Part shown: positions 9,033 through 18,993 of the stretch, piece after piece
Numbering within the stretch: position 1 is the first letter of the stretch
Layout of the letters: each line of letters starts with the position of its first letter
Source: a virus
Lineage: Duplodnaviria > Heunggongvirae > Uroviricota > Caudoviricetes
Strand: one strand, 5' to 3'
IMG/VR virus record: IMGVR_UViG_2974563859_000001
Length of the DNA: 64,000 nt
Translations under genes and position numbers: made by a program
Notes under the pieces: model-generated
Told to the model about the DNA's origin: nothing
The model's database searches: none
What the model saw: only the letters and a program-made list of their open reading frames with translations

Positions 9033-10205
9033 TCACATACGATACTGCTCTATTGGATACCTTGTTACATATACATGTTTATCTTTGGTAATATCAACTG
9101 CCGCAATGAATAGAATATCAGTTAATGTAAAGTTACGCCCTAGTTCTTCTCTATATAATGGAATAGGAATTTCATTCCCCTTATCATCTTTAATCATTAA
9201 ACTATTAAAACGACTTTCAATAGACTTAATGTATAATGAGATCATCTTTTTTACTGCTTCTTCAGAGAACTGCTCTCTTATATTACTGATAGTTATCTCT
9301 TTTCCATTATGCTTAAATTTACTAAGTTCTGATTCACGTTCAAGAATATAATCTTGGATATATTTAAGAAAGAATGGATAAAATTCTACCACTAATTGTG
9401 ATAGGGGAATACCAGTCCATCCAAATCTAATAGGGTTATCCTTCCAGCTATTTGACTTAAATCGTGGTGCTGAGATTACACTACGAGTTGCATAATCAAC
9501 AGATTTACCTAAAGAGTTTTGATGGAACATACCATTTTTACCAGCTAAAGAGGATGTAAAATAGTCATAGATATCATATAAAAGAGTCTGAATAGATGAT
9601 TCTGTTATTACTCCCATAAAATCATAATCTTCACCCTTAGAAATTGATTGGCTATACCTAATTAATTTAGCATATTTGTCATTCACTTCATCAACAGCTT
9701 TAATCGTATCATTAGAAGATTTTGAGGGATTATAATCTCTATAAAATGCCGGAATCACTAAATATTTGTCAATAAATATATCATCCTTACCAAGTTTATT
9801 TAATAATGTAAGATAACTTGTTCTTCTATCAGTTCCAGTATTACTAAATTTTAATTGGTCATAAATAGTATAAAAATAGGTAACTCCAGTTTTACCATTA
9901 TCTTTATCTTCAACTAACCTACCGCCCTCAACTTTAAAATATTTTTTTCCAGATAGACAATCTGCAATTTTTCGATCCATAGAGGTTAGAAGCTTATAAA
10001 TTACTGGATGGAGAAATTTTCTCTTTAAGTCTATATAACCAAAAATTATTTTTCTTTCTTTACTTCCCGGATAACCAAAAATACTAGTTGAAAATAATCC
10101 ATCTTCAGTTGGTATATTTCCCATATTAAAGTAAACCGGATTTGTTACTTCTTTACATGCATGAGAAGTAATAAATTTATCTATATTTAATGTATCTATT
10201 TTCAT
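9033..10205 (-). CDS. RNA polymerase beta-prime N-terminal gene, first exon
   Basis: NSLGKSVDYATRSVISAPRF...GIP matches beta-prime NLLGKRVDYSGRSVIVVGP...QCGLP. The frame ends ...VYVTRYPIEQY, matching NRAPTLH. The 3' end is approximate. Confidence 0.65.
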   Translation of the reverse strand: MKIDTLNIDKFITSHACKEVTNPVYFNMGNIPTEDGLFSTSIFGYPGSKERKIIFGYIDLKRKFLHPVIYKLLTSMDRKIADCLSGKKYFKVEGGRLVEDKDNGKTGVTYFYTIYDQLKFSNTGTDRRTSYLTLLNKLGKDDIFIDKYLVIPAFYRDYNPSKSSNDTIKAVDEVNDKYAKLIRYSQSISKGEDYDFMGVITESSIQTLLYDIYDYFTSSLAGKNGMFHQNSLGKSVDYATRSVISAPRFKSNSWKDNPIRFGWTGIPLSQLVVEFYPFFLKYIQDYILERESELSKFKHNGKEITISNIREQFSEEAVKKMISLYIKSIESRFNSLMIKDDKGNEIPIPLYREELGRNFTLTDILFIAAVDITKDKHVYVTRYPIEQYRM

Positions 10206-10260
10206 TTAATTTCCCTCCTACTATTATAATAATTTGTTAACGGTTTAAGAGAAATGAACA

Positions 10261-10290
10261 AAAAAAAAATATGAAGGGATTAACCTTCAT
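10261..10290 (-). terminator. hairpin terminator
   Basis: atgaagg-gattaa-ccttcat flanked by an A10 run on one side and a T-rich run on the other. Confidence 0.4.
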
Positions 10291-10293
10291 ATT

Positions 10294-10557
10294 TTATTTA
10301 AATTCAATTTTTTCATTTCCCAATGGCATAATTCTAATACTGTTACTAACTGAGTCGTTTACAATAATACAATCAATTGATCTATTATCTTTTAAATAAA
10401 TTAGTCTTTTAATGAGAGTTGGTTTTTTAGGATCAGACATTTTATTTAATGTATCAAGCTTATTTATTACATCTTTAGTAGTTTCTCCGCATAATAATTC
10501 TGATTTTTTATATCCTTTAACAATAGTTAAATAAAAGTTTTCATTTAAGTATTTCAT
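10294..10557 (-). CDS. hypothetical protein
   Basis: 87-aa ORF. Confidence 0.45.
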   Translation of the reverse strand: MKYLNENFYLTIVKGYKKSELLCGETTKDVINKLDTLNKMSDPKKPTLIKRLIYLKDNRSIDCIIVNDSVSNSIRIMPLGNEKIEFK

Positions 10558-10585
10558 ATATTAGTCCTTTTTATTATATTTTTGA

Positions 10586-11047
10586 TCAATGATTATATGA
10601 TTCAATTGTTACTGAAATCTCTTTAATTCCAAAGCTTTTAATAGTATTTTTAATTCTTTCAAATTGTTCATCAATATTGTCAATATTAATATCTTGGATG
10701 TTTAAACTTATAGAACCACTATCAAATTTCTTTTCAATTGGTTTATTTAAAGATTCATTAACTATGTGAGTTGGTGTAATTCCCTTTACATTATCCTTTT
10801 CTTCTGTATAATTTAAAGGTTTTCTAACTCCATATCTAATTTCTTCTTCTGGAGTCATTTTTCTAGTGATTACCTCACCATGCATACTTTCTTTTCGTGG
10901 TCTCTTACCTCTAATTTTTGAACCATGATATTGTACTGTTTGATATTTTACCCCAGTCTTTTTAGAAATATCAGAATAAGACAGATCAGTCTCTCCAATT
11001 AATCTTTTTGCTTCTTCAATATTATATTGTCCATTCTCTCTTCCCAT
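10586..11047 (-). CDS. putative HTH DNA-binding protein
   Basis: N-terminal LSYSDISKKTGVKYQTVQYH resembles a helix-turn-helix. Confidence 0.4.
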   Translation of the reverse strand: MGRENGQYNIEEAKRLIGETDLSYSDISKKTGVKYQTVQYHGSKIRGKRPRKESMHGEVITRKMTPEEEIRYGVRKPLNYTEEKDNVKGITPTHIVNESLNKPIEKKFDSGSISLNIQDINIDNIDEQFERIKNTIKSFGIKEISVTIESYNH

Positions 11048-11097
11048 TATTTTTCCCCATTTCTATTTAATATTTATATAGTTTTGTTTCTCAAATT

Positions 11098-11355
11098 TTA
11101 TAATTCTTTAAATAAAAGATAAAATAAAATAATAATGATTATTAAAATAATTCCAAAGGGAATGTATATAATAGGATCACTTAAATGAAGAATTGTACTA
11201 CTTTTATCATCTTCATAGAGGTAGTTAACAGGATGTGTAGGACTTAATAAATTATTTGGACTGGTAGGATTTAAAGGACTTGTTGGATTAGCAGGATTTA
11301 ATTGACTAGATGGATTCATCTTATTCTCTCCTTTGTAGACAAAAAATAAAAACAT
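11098..11355 (-). CDS. proline-rich protein with C-terminal transmembrane helix
   Basis: NPANPTSPLNPTSP repeats; C-terminal IILIIIIILFYLLF. Confidence 0.35.
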   Translation of the reverse strand: MFLFFVYKGENKMNPSSQLNPANPTSPLNPTSPNNLLSPTHPVNYLYEDDKSSTILHLSDPIIYIPFGIILIIIIILFYLLFKEL

Positions 11356-11379
11356 AAGAGACTTATAAGTCTCTTATGT
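11341..11379 (-). terminator. rho-independent terminator
   Basis: acataagagact/agtctcttatgt stem followed by a T-run on the minus strand. Confidence 0.5.
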
Positions 11380-11383
11380 CATT

Positions 11384-12109
11384 TTATACTGCTTTCTCTT
11401 CTGTTTCTGGTCTTTCTATAATTACATATGGAACGGCATTAAATCCTTTTTTCATTAGATTTTCATTAAAACCATCAATATCTTTATTGTTATAACCAGT
11501 TGATGGAATATAAATATCTACTTCTTCAAAACCATCATTACAATTTTCTACAATATCATTAATATTTGATAATTCATCTTCTACAATCATTTTTACATTC
11601 TTTAGATTCTTAATATAATCTGATTTCTTTTCATTTTTCCCAACAAAAATAATCTCTACTTTATTAGAATTTAAGAAAGTTTCAATAAATTTTCTTTTTC
11701 CTTCTTTGGTTCCTTCACTTGTTCTTGTTACAACATAGATTTTATCTACGAATTTTTGTAATGATAATTTATAAATTCCTTCACACATTTTAGTTGGCAT
11801 ACAATCTTCATAAAATTCATCATTATCATATAACGAATAAAATCTTTCAAATAATTCTTTTTCTTCTTCATCTGATAATACAAGATTTTCTTTTCTTAGC
11901 CATTTATTTAAATGAAATTCTGGTCGTGATAGTACTGTTTGATAATGTTCAAATGTACCAAATTCCAATCCTTCTAGTTTACTTAAATCAAAGTATTTTC
12001 CAAAATAATCAGCATTTTGCTGAATCTTATGAACCCATAAAGGACTAATGTCAGTTAATACCTCATCGCAGTCTGTAACAATTGAAAATGGTTCTTTAAT
12101 AGAAAACAT
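11384..12109 (-). CDS. HAD-superfamily 5'(3')-deoxyribonucleotidase-like phosphatase
   Basis: N-terminal IVTDCDEVL (DxDxV/T HAD motif I). Confidence 0.5.
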   Translation of the reverse strand: MFSIKEPFSIVTDCDEVLTDISPLWVHKIQQNADYFGKYFDLSKLEGLEFGTFEHYQTVLSRPEFHLNKWLRKENLVLSDEEEKELFERFYSLYDNDEFYEDCMPTKMCEGIYKLSLQKFVDKIYVVTRTSEGTKEGKRKFIETFLNSNKVEIIFVGKNEKKSDYIKNLKNVKMIVEDELSNINDIVENCNDGFEEVDIYIPSTGYNNKDIDGFNENLMKKGFNAVPYVIIERPETEEKAV

Positions 12110-12188
12110 TAAATCCTCTCCCTGTAATTATAATATGCACGAAGGAATATTAGAATAATACCATTATATTCTAATAATATAAATGCTT

Positions 12189-14141
12189 TTAGAATGTTAA
12201 GATATTGGTTGGAAATTGTGTCTGTTTAGTTGTTTCTAGTATTTTAAATCCTAAAGATTCTAACATAATCATACCACTCTTAATATGGTCGTTAACCATT
12301 GTTTCAATATCAATAAATGGAGTAACCCACTCAGGTAATTTTTTGATTGATTTTGGTAAACACAGGATTGTAAAACCATACTTAGAAAGATTTTCATTAT
12401 CATAAATAGTTTCTTTAATAGTTTTATAGACATCCATTGGTATTTTACCTGCTAAATCGTTTAAACTCTCAGTTGTCAATTTAATCAGATTTACTTTGGT
12501 AGGTAACACAATTTCATTATCAGGAAATAATTCATTCCAAATAATAGTTCCTCTAATAGATTGCATTGCATAAGGATTAGCATATGATTCAATCTCATTA
12601 GCCTTGGAAGGAAGTGTATAAGTAATTTCTCCATTCATCAATGAATTAGCAATTTCATTTTGTAAATGAACAAAGTTCCCAAATACTTTACTTAAATCAA
12701 TTTTATCAGAAGATAAAATATTTTTATCCAGCATTTCAGTAAAGTAGTCTCTTACATTTTTGTTTACACTTACTTTTCTAATAGCTAAACCCTTAATATC
12801 AAGTTTAGGCTTTTCAAACATACGACCTTCTTGCATGATTAATTTACCAGCATAACTTTTCTTATTACGAGTAAGCATTAGACGTTTATAGAAAAATTCA
12901 TTTTTCATATTGATAATAGGACGTTTTTCAGAAGGAATATTTAGTTCAGATGTCATTTTCCAATAAACATTTTCAATTACCTTTGCCAATAAATATGATG
13001 CAATATTAACAACACTTACTTTACCTTCATCCGTCTCGTCTACATTATCTGGGTAATTTTCTTTTAAGTATTTATAAAATGGATCTAACATTAAGAAGTT
13101 TGAGTCAGTATCTACTACTAATACTGTTTGTCTCTTTTCATTCTCTGCATTTTCATAACGATAGAAACTTAAATGATTATATAAAACCCATTCTTGAATA
13201 TATGTCCATAACATTTCTAGTGAATCTTTAATATCTTTAGGTGGATCATTTGGATCTAAAAATTCTTTATTAATTACTTTTCCTAAAAGATTAGAGATCT
13301 CATTATTACCTAAGAATTCATAAAGATTATTTTTATAATAAATTTTGTTAAGTGTTTGTTGATCCATTCTCTCAATAATATCTGAAAGAACCTTTACATC
13401 TGAATCATTTCTATTTCTCCATTTACGTAGGAGATATTGTAATAATTCTCCGCTTTCAATATTTCTATTAATAATGTGTGTATATACATATTTCTGTTCT
13501 TGAATATTATTAATGTATAGAAGAACGTCATTTAGATTTTCAAAGTGAAAGTTATTAGACATAAAATTCTCAAATGCATTTACAGCAGTCGTAATAATAA
13601 TTACACCACTATATGTAATACTTGGACCAAAGTTTTGATTAAAGAAGATACTATTTTTCTCAACTGTTGCTCCATAAAATGAGTTAGCAAGAAGTTTAAA
13701 GGTTTTTTGCATTAAATCTAAATTATTATATTCCGTTCTATCTTCATCATTAACATGCTCAAACATTTCTTTTTTTACTTTCTTACGTGATACCAGCAAG
13801 TAATCAACCATATCAGAAAGTAAATTTACACCTTCATTATGTTTTCTATAGAATGCTCCGTAACCAGTAATTATTGGTTTCTTTTCTTCTAACCATTCAG
13901 TAACACTTAATAAATTTTTTACACTTTTTTGCTCACCATCATTAAATACAACATTTTTACCTTGAATAGTACTATTAATTTCCTTGTCTAAAAATTCTTC
14001 AATCTCTTCTTCTCTAATATCAGGAAATGAAAGAAGTAATTGTTTCTTTGCCTGTTCTTTATATTTTTCTAAGAAATTTGGATATGAATTTACATAATCT
14101 TTAGTTTCCTGCAAATTTTTCTCCTCCCAAGTGTTTATCAA
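12189..14141 (-). CDS. family B DNA polymerase, C-terminal fragment (motif B to C-terminus)
   Basis: KLLANSFYG (motif B) and VLVVDTDS (motif C). Motif A is absent. Split polymerase gene. Confidence 0.8.
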   Translation of the reverse strand: MINTWEEKNLQETKDYVNSYPNFLEKYKEQAKKQLLLSFPDIREEEIEEFLDKEINSTIQGKNVVFNDGEQKSVKNLLSVTEWLEEKKPIITGYGAFYRKHNEGVNLLSDMVDYLLVSRKKVKKEMFEHVNDEDRTEYNNLDLMQKTFKLLANSFYGATVEKNSIFFNQNFGPSITYSGVIIITTAVNAFENFMSNNFHFENLNDVLLYINNIQEQKYVYTHIINRNIESGELLQYLLRKWRNRNDSDVKVLSDIIERMDQQTLNKIYYKNNLYEFLGNNEISNLLGKVINKEFLDPNDPPKDIKDSLEMLWTYIQEWVLYNHLSFYRYENAENEKRQTVLVVDTDSNFLMLDPFYKYLKENYPDNVDETDEGKVSVVNIASYLLAKVIENVYWKMTSELNIPSEKRPIINMKNEFFYKRLMLTRNKKSYAGKLIMQEGRMFEKPKLDIKGLAIRKVSVNKNVRDYFTEMLDKNILSSDKIDLSKVFGNFVHLQNEIANSLMNGEITYTLPSKANEIESYANPYAMQSIRGTIIWNELFPDNEIVLPTKVNLIKLTTESLNDLAGKIPMDVYKTIKETIYDNENLSKYGFTILCLPKSIKKLPEWVTPFIDIETMVNDHIKSGMIMLESLGFKILETTKQTQFPTNILTF

Positions 14142-14301
14142 TTTTTAGTTATTATTTCTCTTAAAAATATCTAAGATTAAAAATAACTAATCAATATAAT
14201 AATATATTTTTAAAAAGGTTTTTATTTAAACAATTAAATATAAAAGTATTTATTTCAAATAAACATTTAATTATATTAATCTGAAAGGAAAGTGATTTTT
14301 A

Positions 14302-14601
14302 ATGTCATCATTCTTCAACTTACTCACTGAGTCAAATACTAGTGATATTATTCTTGAGCAAACTTTTCAAGAAGCTAACGTAGTTCGTATGGATAAACAA
14401 ACTCTTAAAAAACGTTTGCTTACTCAGGCTACACTATTAGCGGCTAAAGATGCTAACGATCCAATTTATCAAAAATATGTTAAAGCGGCTAAACAAAAAC
14501 GCCATTTCCGTTCTCAAATTCAACAAAAATATGGTGCTAAAGGTCAAGCTAAAGTCCGTGAGTTCCTTAAACAGCAACAACAAGCTAAACAATCTCGTTA
14601 A
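14302..14601 (+). CDS. hypothetical basic protein
   Basis: 99 aa. Confidence 0.45.
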   Translation: MSSFFNLLTESNTSDIILEQTFQEANVVRMDKQTLKKRLLTQATLLAAKDANDPIYQKYVKAAKQKRHFRSQIQQKYGAKGQAKVREFLKQQQQAKQSR

Positions 14602-14778
14602 TTTTCGGATCATAGAAATATGAATGAGAAAGATTACTATTAATGTAATCAGATTTGAAAGTGAAGAATAATTTTAAATTATCCTTAAGATCTTATTAAA
14701 GATCTTAAGGATACTTATATGCCGTTTACATATAATACTTAGTTATTTTTAAGATATTAAAAAACATAAAAAGTGATG

Positions 14779-14793
14779 TAAATATATATTATT
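14779..14793 (+). promoter_or_regulatory. AAATATATATTATTA promoter-like motif
   Basis: 54 nt upstream of the TTG start at 14847; recurs at four further sites (26385, 27393, 50888 and 38728 on the minus strand). Confidence 0.45.
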
Positions 14794-14846
14794 AACTTGT
14801 ATTTTTCCATGTTTCATGTTATAATTAATCAACGGAGGGATCATCA

Positions 14847-16742
14847 TTGGAAAAGACTTATAATTTAAATGATATTCTATTATCAAATGAGTATGAAAAA
14901 ATTAAAGAGGATATCAAAGAAGAAATAATTAATGATATGGCATCTAAGAAAGTAAAGTATAGTAATACTTCTGAATTTGCTAAAAATGACTTTCTTAAAG
15001 ATGAATTCATTGATTTAGTTGTTGATGGGGAAACATATGAAATTACATATGGAAATCTAATCACATTATTAATTGTTGCAAGACCATTTAATCACTTTAA
15101 AGTACCAATGACTGAAGATTTATTATTTGATCTATCTGATTTAAAAGAATACCAAAATTATTATACTACATTGCTAGAACATTTTAGTTACAGTAATGAA
15201 ATTAAATCTATTATTAAAGATGTTATTAGTGAGTTAGCAATTTTCTCTGGGGATATTAACGTAACATTTGGTAATACAGTTTCTATTAAATCACTTATTG
15301 ATTTGGGAAATAAAGTAAAGAGATTTAGAGAACTATTACATTATCGTTTACCAAATGATGAGGCATTAGAGTTTAATGATATTGAGGCTATTATTAAAAA
15401 GAATTTAGATGAAATTATGAAAATTCTTTCTGAAACTGATAATATGCTAAGATATTACATTGATTCAGGTGCTGGTATTAACTCAAAACAATTTGGTCAA
15501 GTATTATCATTAGTAGGTTCTAAACCGGATTTATTTGGTAAAATTATTCCTTATCCAATTAATACTAGTTTCCTAAGAGGATTAGATGTACGGTCTTTCT
15601 ATATTAATGCTTTAGGGGCAAGAAAAGCTTTAATCACAAACTATCAACAAGTAAGAAACTCTGGCTATCTAACAAGAAAAATTAGTATGTTATTGATGGA
15701 TACAAAATTAATTGATTTAGATGATTGTGGAAGCCATGAAAACAACTATCTTTCAATTAATGTTGAGAATAAAGATGTTCTAAAAAGATTCTCTAAAAGA
15801 AGTTATTTAAATAATAATGGTGAATTAGTTGAAATTGATATTAATGATGAAAGTCTAATTGGACAGGTAATAAAAATTCCTTCTCCAACTACTTGTGCAT
15901 CTAATGAAGGCGTTTGTCGTAAATGTTATGGTAAATTGTTTGATATCAATAAAGATTTAAATATTGGCATGATTGCAGTTCTACTATTAACAGATCCATT
16001 AACTCAGCGTTTATTAAGTGCAAAACACTTACTAGAGACTCGGTCTTCTAAGATCGATTGGGGAACTAATTTTGAAGAGAACTTTATCGTAAACAGAAAC
16101 TTAATTTATCCTAAAGTTTATAATGGAACGGTTATTATTAAAGAAGATGATTTTAAAGAAGATGAGGAAACAGAAGAACAAGTATTTGATACATTTACTT
16201 TAAAAAGTGGTAATAGATTTATTTCTATTAGTTCACCAATGAGATTATTCCTAAATAAAGACCTTAAGAAACAACTTGATGAAAGCTTTTATAATATAGA
16301 AGAAATGCAATTTGAAATTCCATTAAATAAGCTTGATGAAGGCGATAGTTTTGCAACATTCATCATGGATAATAACGAATTATCAAAACCATTAAGGGAA
16401 ATTAAAGATCTTATTGAAACTAATAAATATATTAAAGATCATAATGTTAATGAAGTGGTAAACTATTTTATTTACCTCTTAAATGAATCAGGTATCAATA
16501 TTCAGTCTGTTCATTCAGAGTTAATCATTAGAGAAATGATGAAACTAGATGATTCAGATAGAACACAATTTAAAAATGATAAAATGCCGGATTATGAAAT
16601 CTTCCGTATTACAGATGCTAATTTAAAGGGAGATAGTCTATCAAGATCATTATTATTTGAGCAAGTTAAGAAACAGCTAACTACACTAGATTATGATACA
16701 TTTAATAAAACAAAATCTTCAATTTTAGATAAACTACTTTAA
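14847..16742 (+). CDS. RNA polymerase beta-prime C-terminal gene (trigger-loop region), TTG start
   Basis: CASNEGVCRKCYGKLF...IGMIAVLLLTDPLTQRLLSAKH matches beta-prime C..C..CYGRDLA...[21 protein letters not shown]. RBS ggaggga upstream. Confidence 0.75.
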   Translation: MEKTYNLNDILLSNEYEKIKEDIKEEIINDMASKKVKYSNTSEFAKNDFLKDEFIDLVVDGETYEITYGNLITLLIVARPFNHFKVPMTEDLLFDLSDLKEYQNYYTTLLEHFSYSNEIKSIIKDVISELAIFSGDINVTFGNTVSIKSLIDLGNKVKRFRELLHYRLPNDEALEFNDIEAIIKKNLDEIMKILSETDNMLRYYIDSGAGINSKQFGQVLSLVGSKPDLFGKIIPYPINTSFLRGLDVRSFYINALGARKALITNYQQVRNSGYLTRKISMLLMDTKLIDLDDCGSHENNYLSINVENKDVLKRFSKRSYLNNNGELVEIDINDESLIGQVIKIPSPTTCASNEGVCRKCYGKLFDINKDLNIGMIAVLLLTDPLTQRLLSAKHLLETRSSKIDWGTNFEENFIVNRNLIYPKVYNGTVIIKEDDFKEDEETEEQVFDTFTLKSGNRFISISSPMRLFLNKDLKKQLDESFYNIEEMQFEIPLNKLDEGDSFATFIMDNNELSKPLREIKDLIETNKYIKDHNVNEVVNYFIYLLNESGINIQSVHSELIIREMMKLDDSDRTQFKNDKMPDYEIFRITDANLKGDSLSRSLLFEQVKKQLTTLDYDTFNKTKSSILDKLL

Positions 16743-16750
16743 TTAATAAA

Positions 16751-16796
16751 AAACAGTATAAAGGTCTATATGATCTTTATACTGTTTTATTTTTAC
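16751..16796 (+). terminator. rho-independent terminator
   Basis: aaacagtataaag...ctttatactgttt followed by a T-run. Confidence 0.6.
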
Positions 16797-16864
16797 ATAT
16801 TAATGTATAAATAAATAAAAATATAGATAACAAAATATCAGAAATAAATTTAGGGAGAGATTTT

Positions 16865-17455
16865 ATGTTAGCCTTTCAAGATCAAAAAGAATTCAGAAAT
16901 CATATTAATGATTTTACAAAAAGACAAGAAGAAATTGATGAACTTATGATAGATATTACCGAGTATATAAAAGAATATTTATGTACTAATTATATTATTG
17001 GTGAAAAATTAGTTTTAGTACCTGATGAGCGTAAAATTGATATTTATTTCTTAGAGGAAGTTGATTCATTACTTATGTGTAGCATTGATATTTTTAGTAT
17101 GGTTATTACAGGTTATAAAATAGATCCTAGATTATTAAAGAAACATAAAAAAATGATTGAAAAACAGTATAAAGATATGCATGACGCTAAAAAAGGACTT
17201 ACAAAACGTTTATCATTTTTAAAATCTATTAAACTCCCAATTAAAAAAAGATATGAACAAATAGAAAGAATTGAATATGAAATCATTCAGACAGATATTG
17301 TAATTGGCTATATAAACGACTATATTTATTTTACTAATACTAGAGATGATTTAGTCAATCAAATTTCTTATGATATACAAATCAATTTTAATGAAGAAAA
17401 TGATAAATATCCATTTTTAAAATTCTCTAGAGAGTATGAATTTCTTGGTTCTTAA
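16865..17455 (+). CDS. hypothetical protein
   Basis: 196 aa. Confidence 0.5.
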   Translation: MLAFQDQKEFRNHINDFTKRQEEIDELMIDITEYIKEYLCTNYIIGEKLVLVPDERKIDIYFLEEVDSLLMCSIDIFSMVITGYKIDPRLLKKHKKMIEKQYKDMHDAKKGLTKRLSFLKSIKLPIKKRYEQIERIEYEIIQTDIVIGYINDYIYFTNTRDDLVNQISYDIQINFNEENDKYPFLKFSREYEFLGS

Positions 17456-17471
17456 TAGGAGAGGATAATAT

Positions 17472-18905
17472 ATGATAAGAGTACAACCAACTAGAATTCT
17501 TGTTGAAAATTATAAAGCTGGTGAAAGTGATAAACTAGAGAAATCACTATCTGTATGGGATAAAACTATTTTTCAATATACCTTTTCAGCATTTTTAATT
17601 GATGAAGATACAAATCAATTATTAATTCCTGGAGGTTATGATTACACTAAATTAAAAAAGTGTTTTCCAAGAGATAAGATAGTTAATGAAAGATTAAATG
17701 TTGATCCTTATAATAAAGTAACCTTTTCACTAAAATATCCTCCTAGAGATTCAATACAACAAGATGCAATTAAATTTCTTTTACAAACAAATGATTCACA
17801 GAAATTCTTATGTTTACCAACAGGTAAAGGAAAGACATACTGTTCTATTAACTACGTATTTAAGTCTAAGAAATTACCAATGGTATTTGTAGACCAAGAG
17901 AACTTAATGGAGCAATGGAAGAAGAGTATTCTAAATTTTACGTCAGTAAAAGAGGAAGAGATATTTCTTATTAGTGGTAGAAATAGTATTGATAAGTTAA
18001 TGAAAATGAAAAAGAAAGAGCTAAAGCAATATAAGTGGTTCATTGCTATTCATAAAACTATTGGTAACTATATTGACGATAATCCAGATAATATTGATAA
18101 GTTAATGAAACACTTAGGCATAGGTGTTAAATTGTATGATGAAGCACATGTCGAATATAAAAATATATTCTATATTGATTCATTAACTAATACTGAAAGT
18201 GTTTATATAACAGCTACTCCATCCCGAAGTGATCCAATTGAAAATAAAGTTTATCAAAATATTTTCAATGATGTTCCAATGTATAAAGTTAAAGAAGATG
18301 AAATTGTTAATTATCACAATATAATTATTGTGAAATTTAACAGCAAACCTAGTATTGATGATCAAGCCAAGATGAAATCAAAATACGGTTTTGATACAAA
18401 TAGATGGTGTAAATATATTCTGGATAATATTAAATATGAAGAATTTATGAATCATATTACAAAAAATATTATTGAAAGAGTAAATAAGAATTTTGATAAA
18501 AAAACAGTACTATTATTTCATACAATGGCTGGCAATGATGTTATTATTAATGATCTTAAAGAAACTTACCCAAATATAGAAATTGGAAGATATAATTCCA
18601 GTATTAAGGACAAGGATAAACGCTTAAAGGAATTAGAAAAAGATATAATAGTAACAACAGATGTATCATTTGGGAAAGCTATTGATGTTAAAGGATTAGA
18701 GATACTTATAAATACGGTTCCATTTGGATCAAAAGTTCTAACTGAGCAGTTATTAGGTAGATTAAGGGAGATTGAAGGAAAAGAAGTATGGTATATTGAT
18801 CTTGTAGATATTGGTTTTGATAGTTGTAAAAAACAATTAAAACAGAGACAAAATATATATAATAAAAAAGCAAAGAGAATTTATGAATTAGACTTGACAA
18901 AATAG
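17472..18905 (+). CDS. superfamily-2 helicase (DEAH box)
   Basis: LPTGKGKT (Walker A) and LYDEAHVEY (DEAH). Confidence 0.6.
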   Translation: MIRVQPTRILVENYKAGESDKLEKSLSVWDKTIFQYTFSAFLIDEDTNQLLIPGGYDYTKLKKCFPRDKIVNERLNVDPYNKVTFSLKYPPRDSIQQDAIKFLLQTNDSQKFLCLPTGKGKTYCSINYVFKSKKLPMVFVDQENLMEQWKKSILNFTSVKEEEIFLISGRNSIDKLMKMKKKELKQYKWFIAIHKTIGNYIDDNPDNIDKLMKHLGIGVKLYDEAHVEYKNIFYIDSLTNTESVYITATPSRSDPIENKVYQNIFNDVPMYKVKEDEIVNYHNIIIVKFNSKPSIDDQAKMKSKYGFDTNRWCKYILDNIKYEEFMNHITKNIIERVNKNFDKKTVLLFHTMAGNDVIINDLKETYPNIEIGRYNSSIKDKDKRLKELEKDIIVTTDVSFGKAIDVKGLEILINTVPFGSKVLTEQLLGRLREIEGKEVWYIDLVDIGFDSCKKQLKQRQNIYNKKAKRIYELDLTK

Positions 18906-18910
18906 ATAAA

Positions 18911-18948
18911 AAATGGTATAATCATATCTAAATATGATTATACCATTT
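18911..18948. repeat. perfect 17-bp-arm palindrome containing TGGTATAAT
   Basis: aaatggtataatcatat-ctaa-atatgattataccattt. Confidence 0.5.
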
Positions 18949-18993
18949 AAAATATTCATTTTAAAAGTATTATGGGGGAAAGAAGGAAGATAA

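Noticed and set aside
14682-14712. Inverted repeat tccttaagatctt/agatcttaagga considered as a terminator
   Set aside because: No downstream T-run. Kept out of the feature list because it may be a protein-binding palindrome instead.
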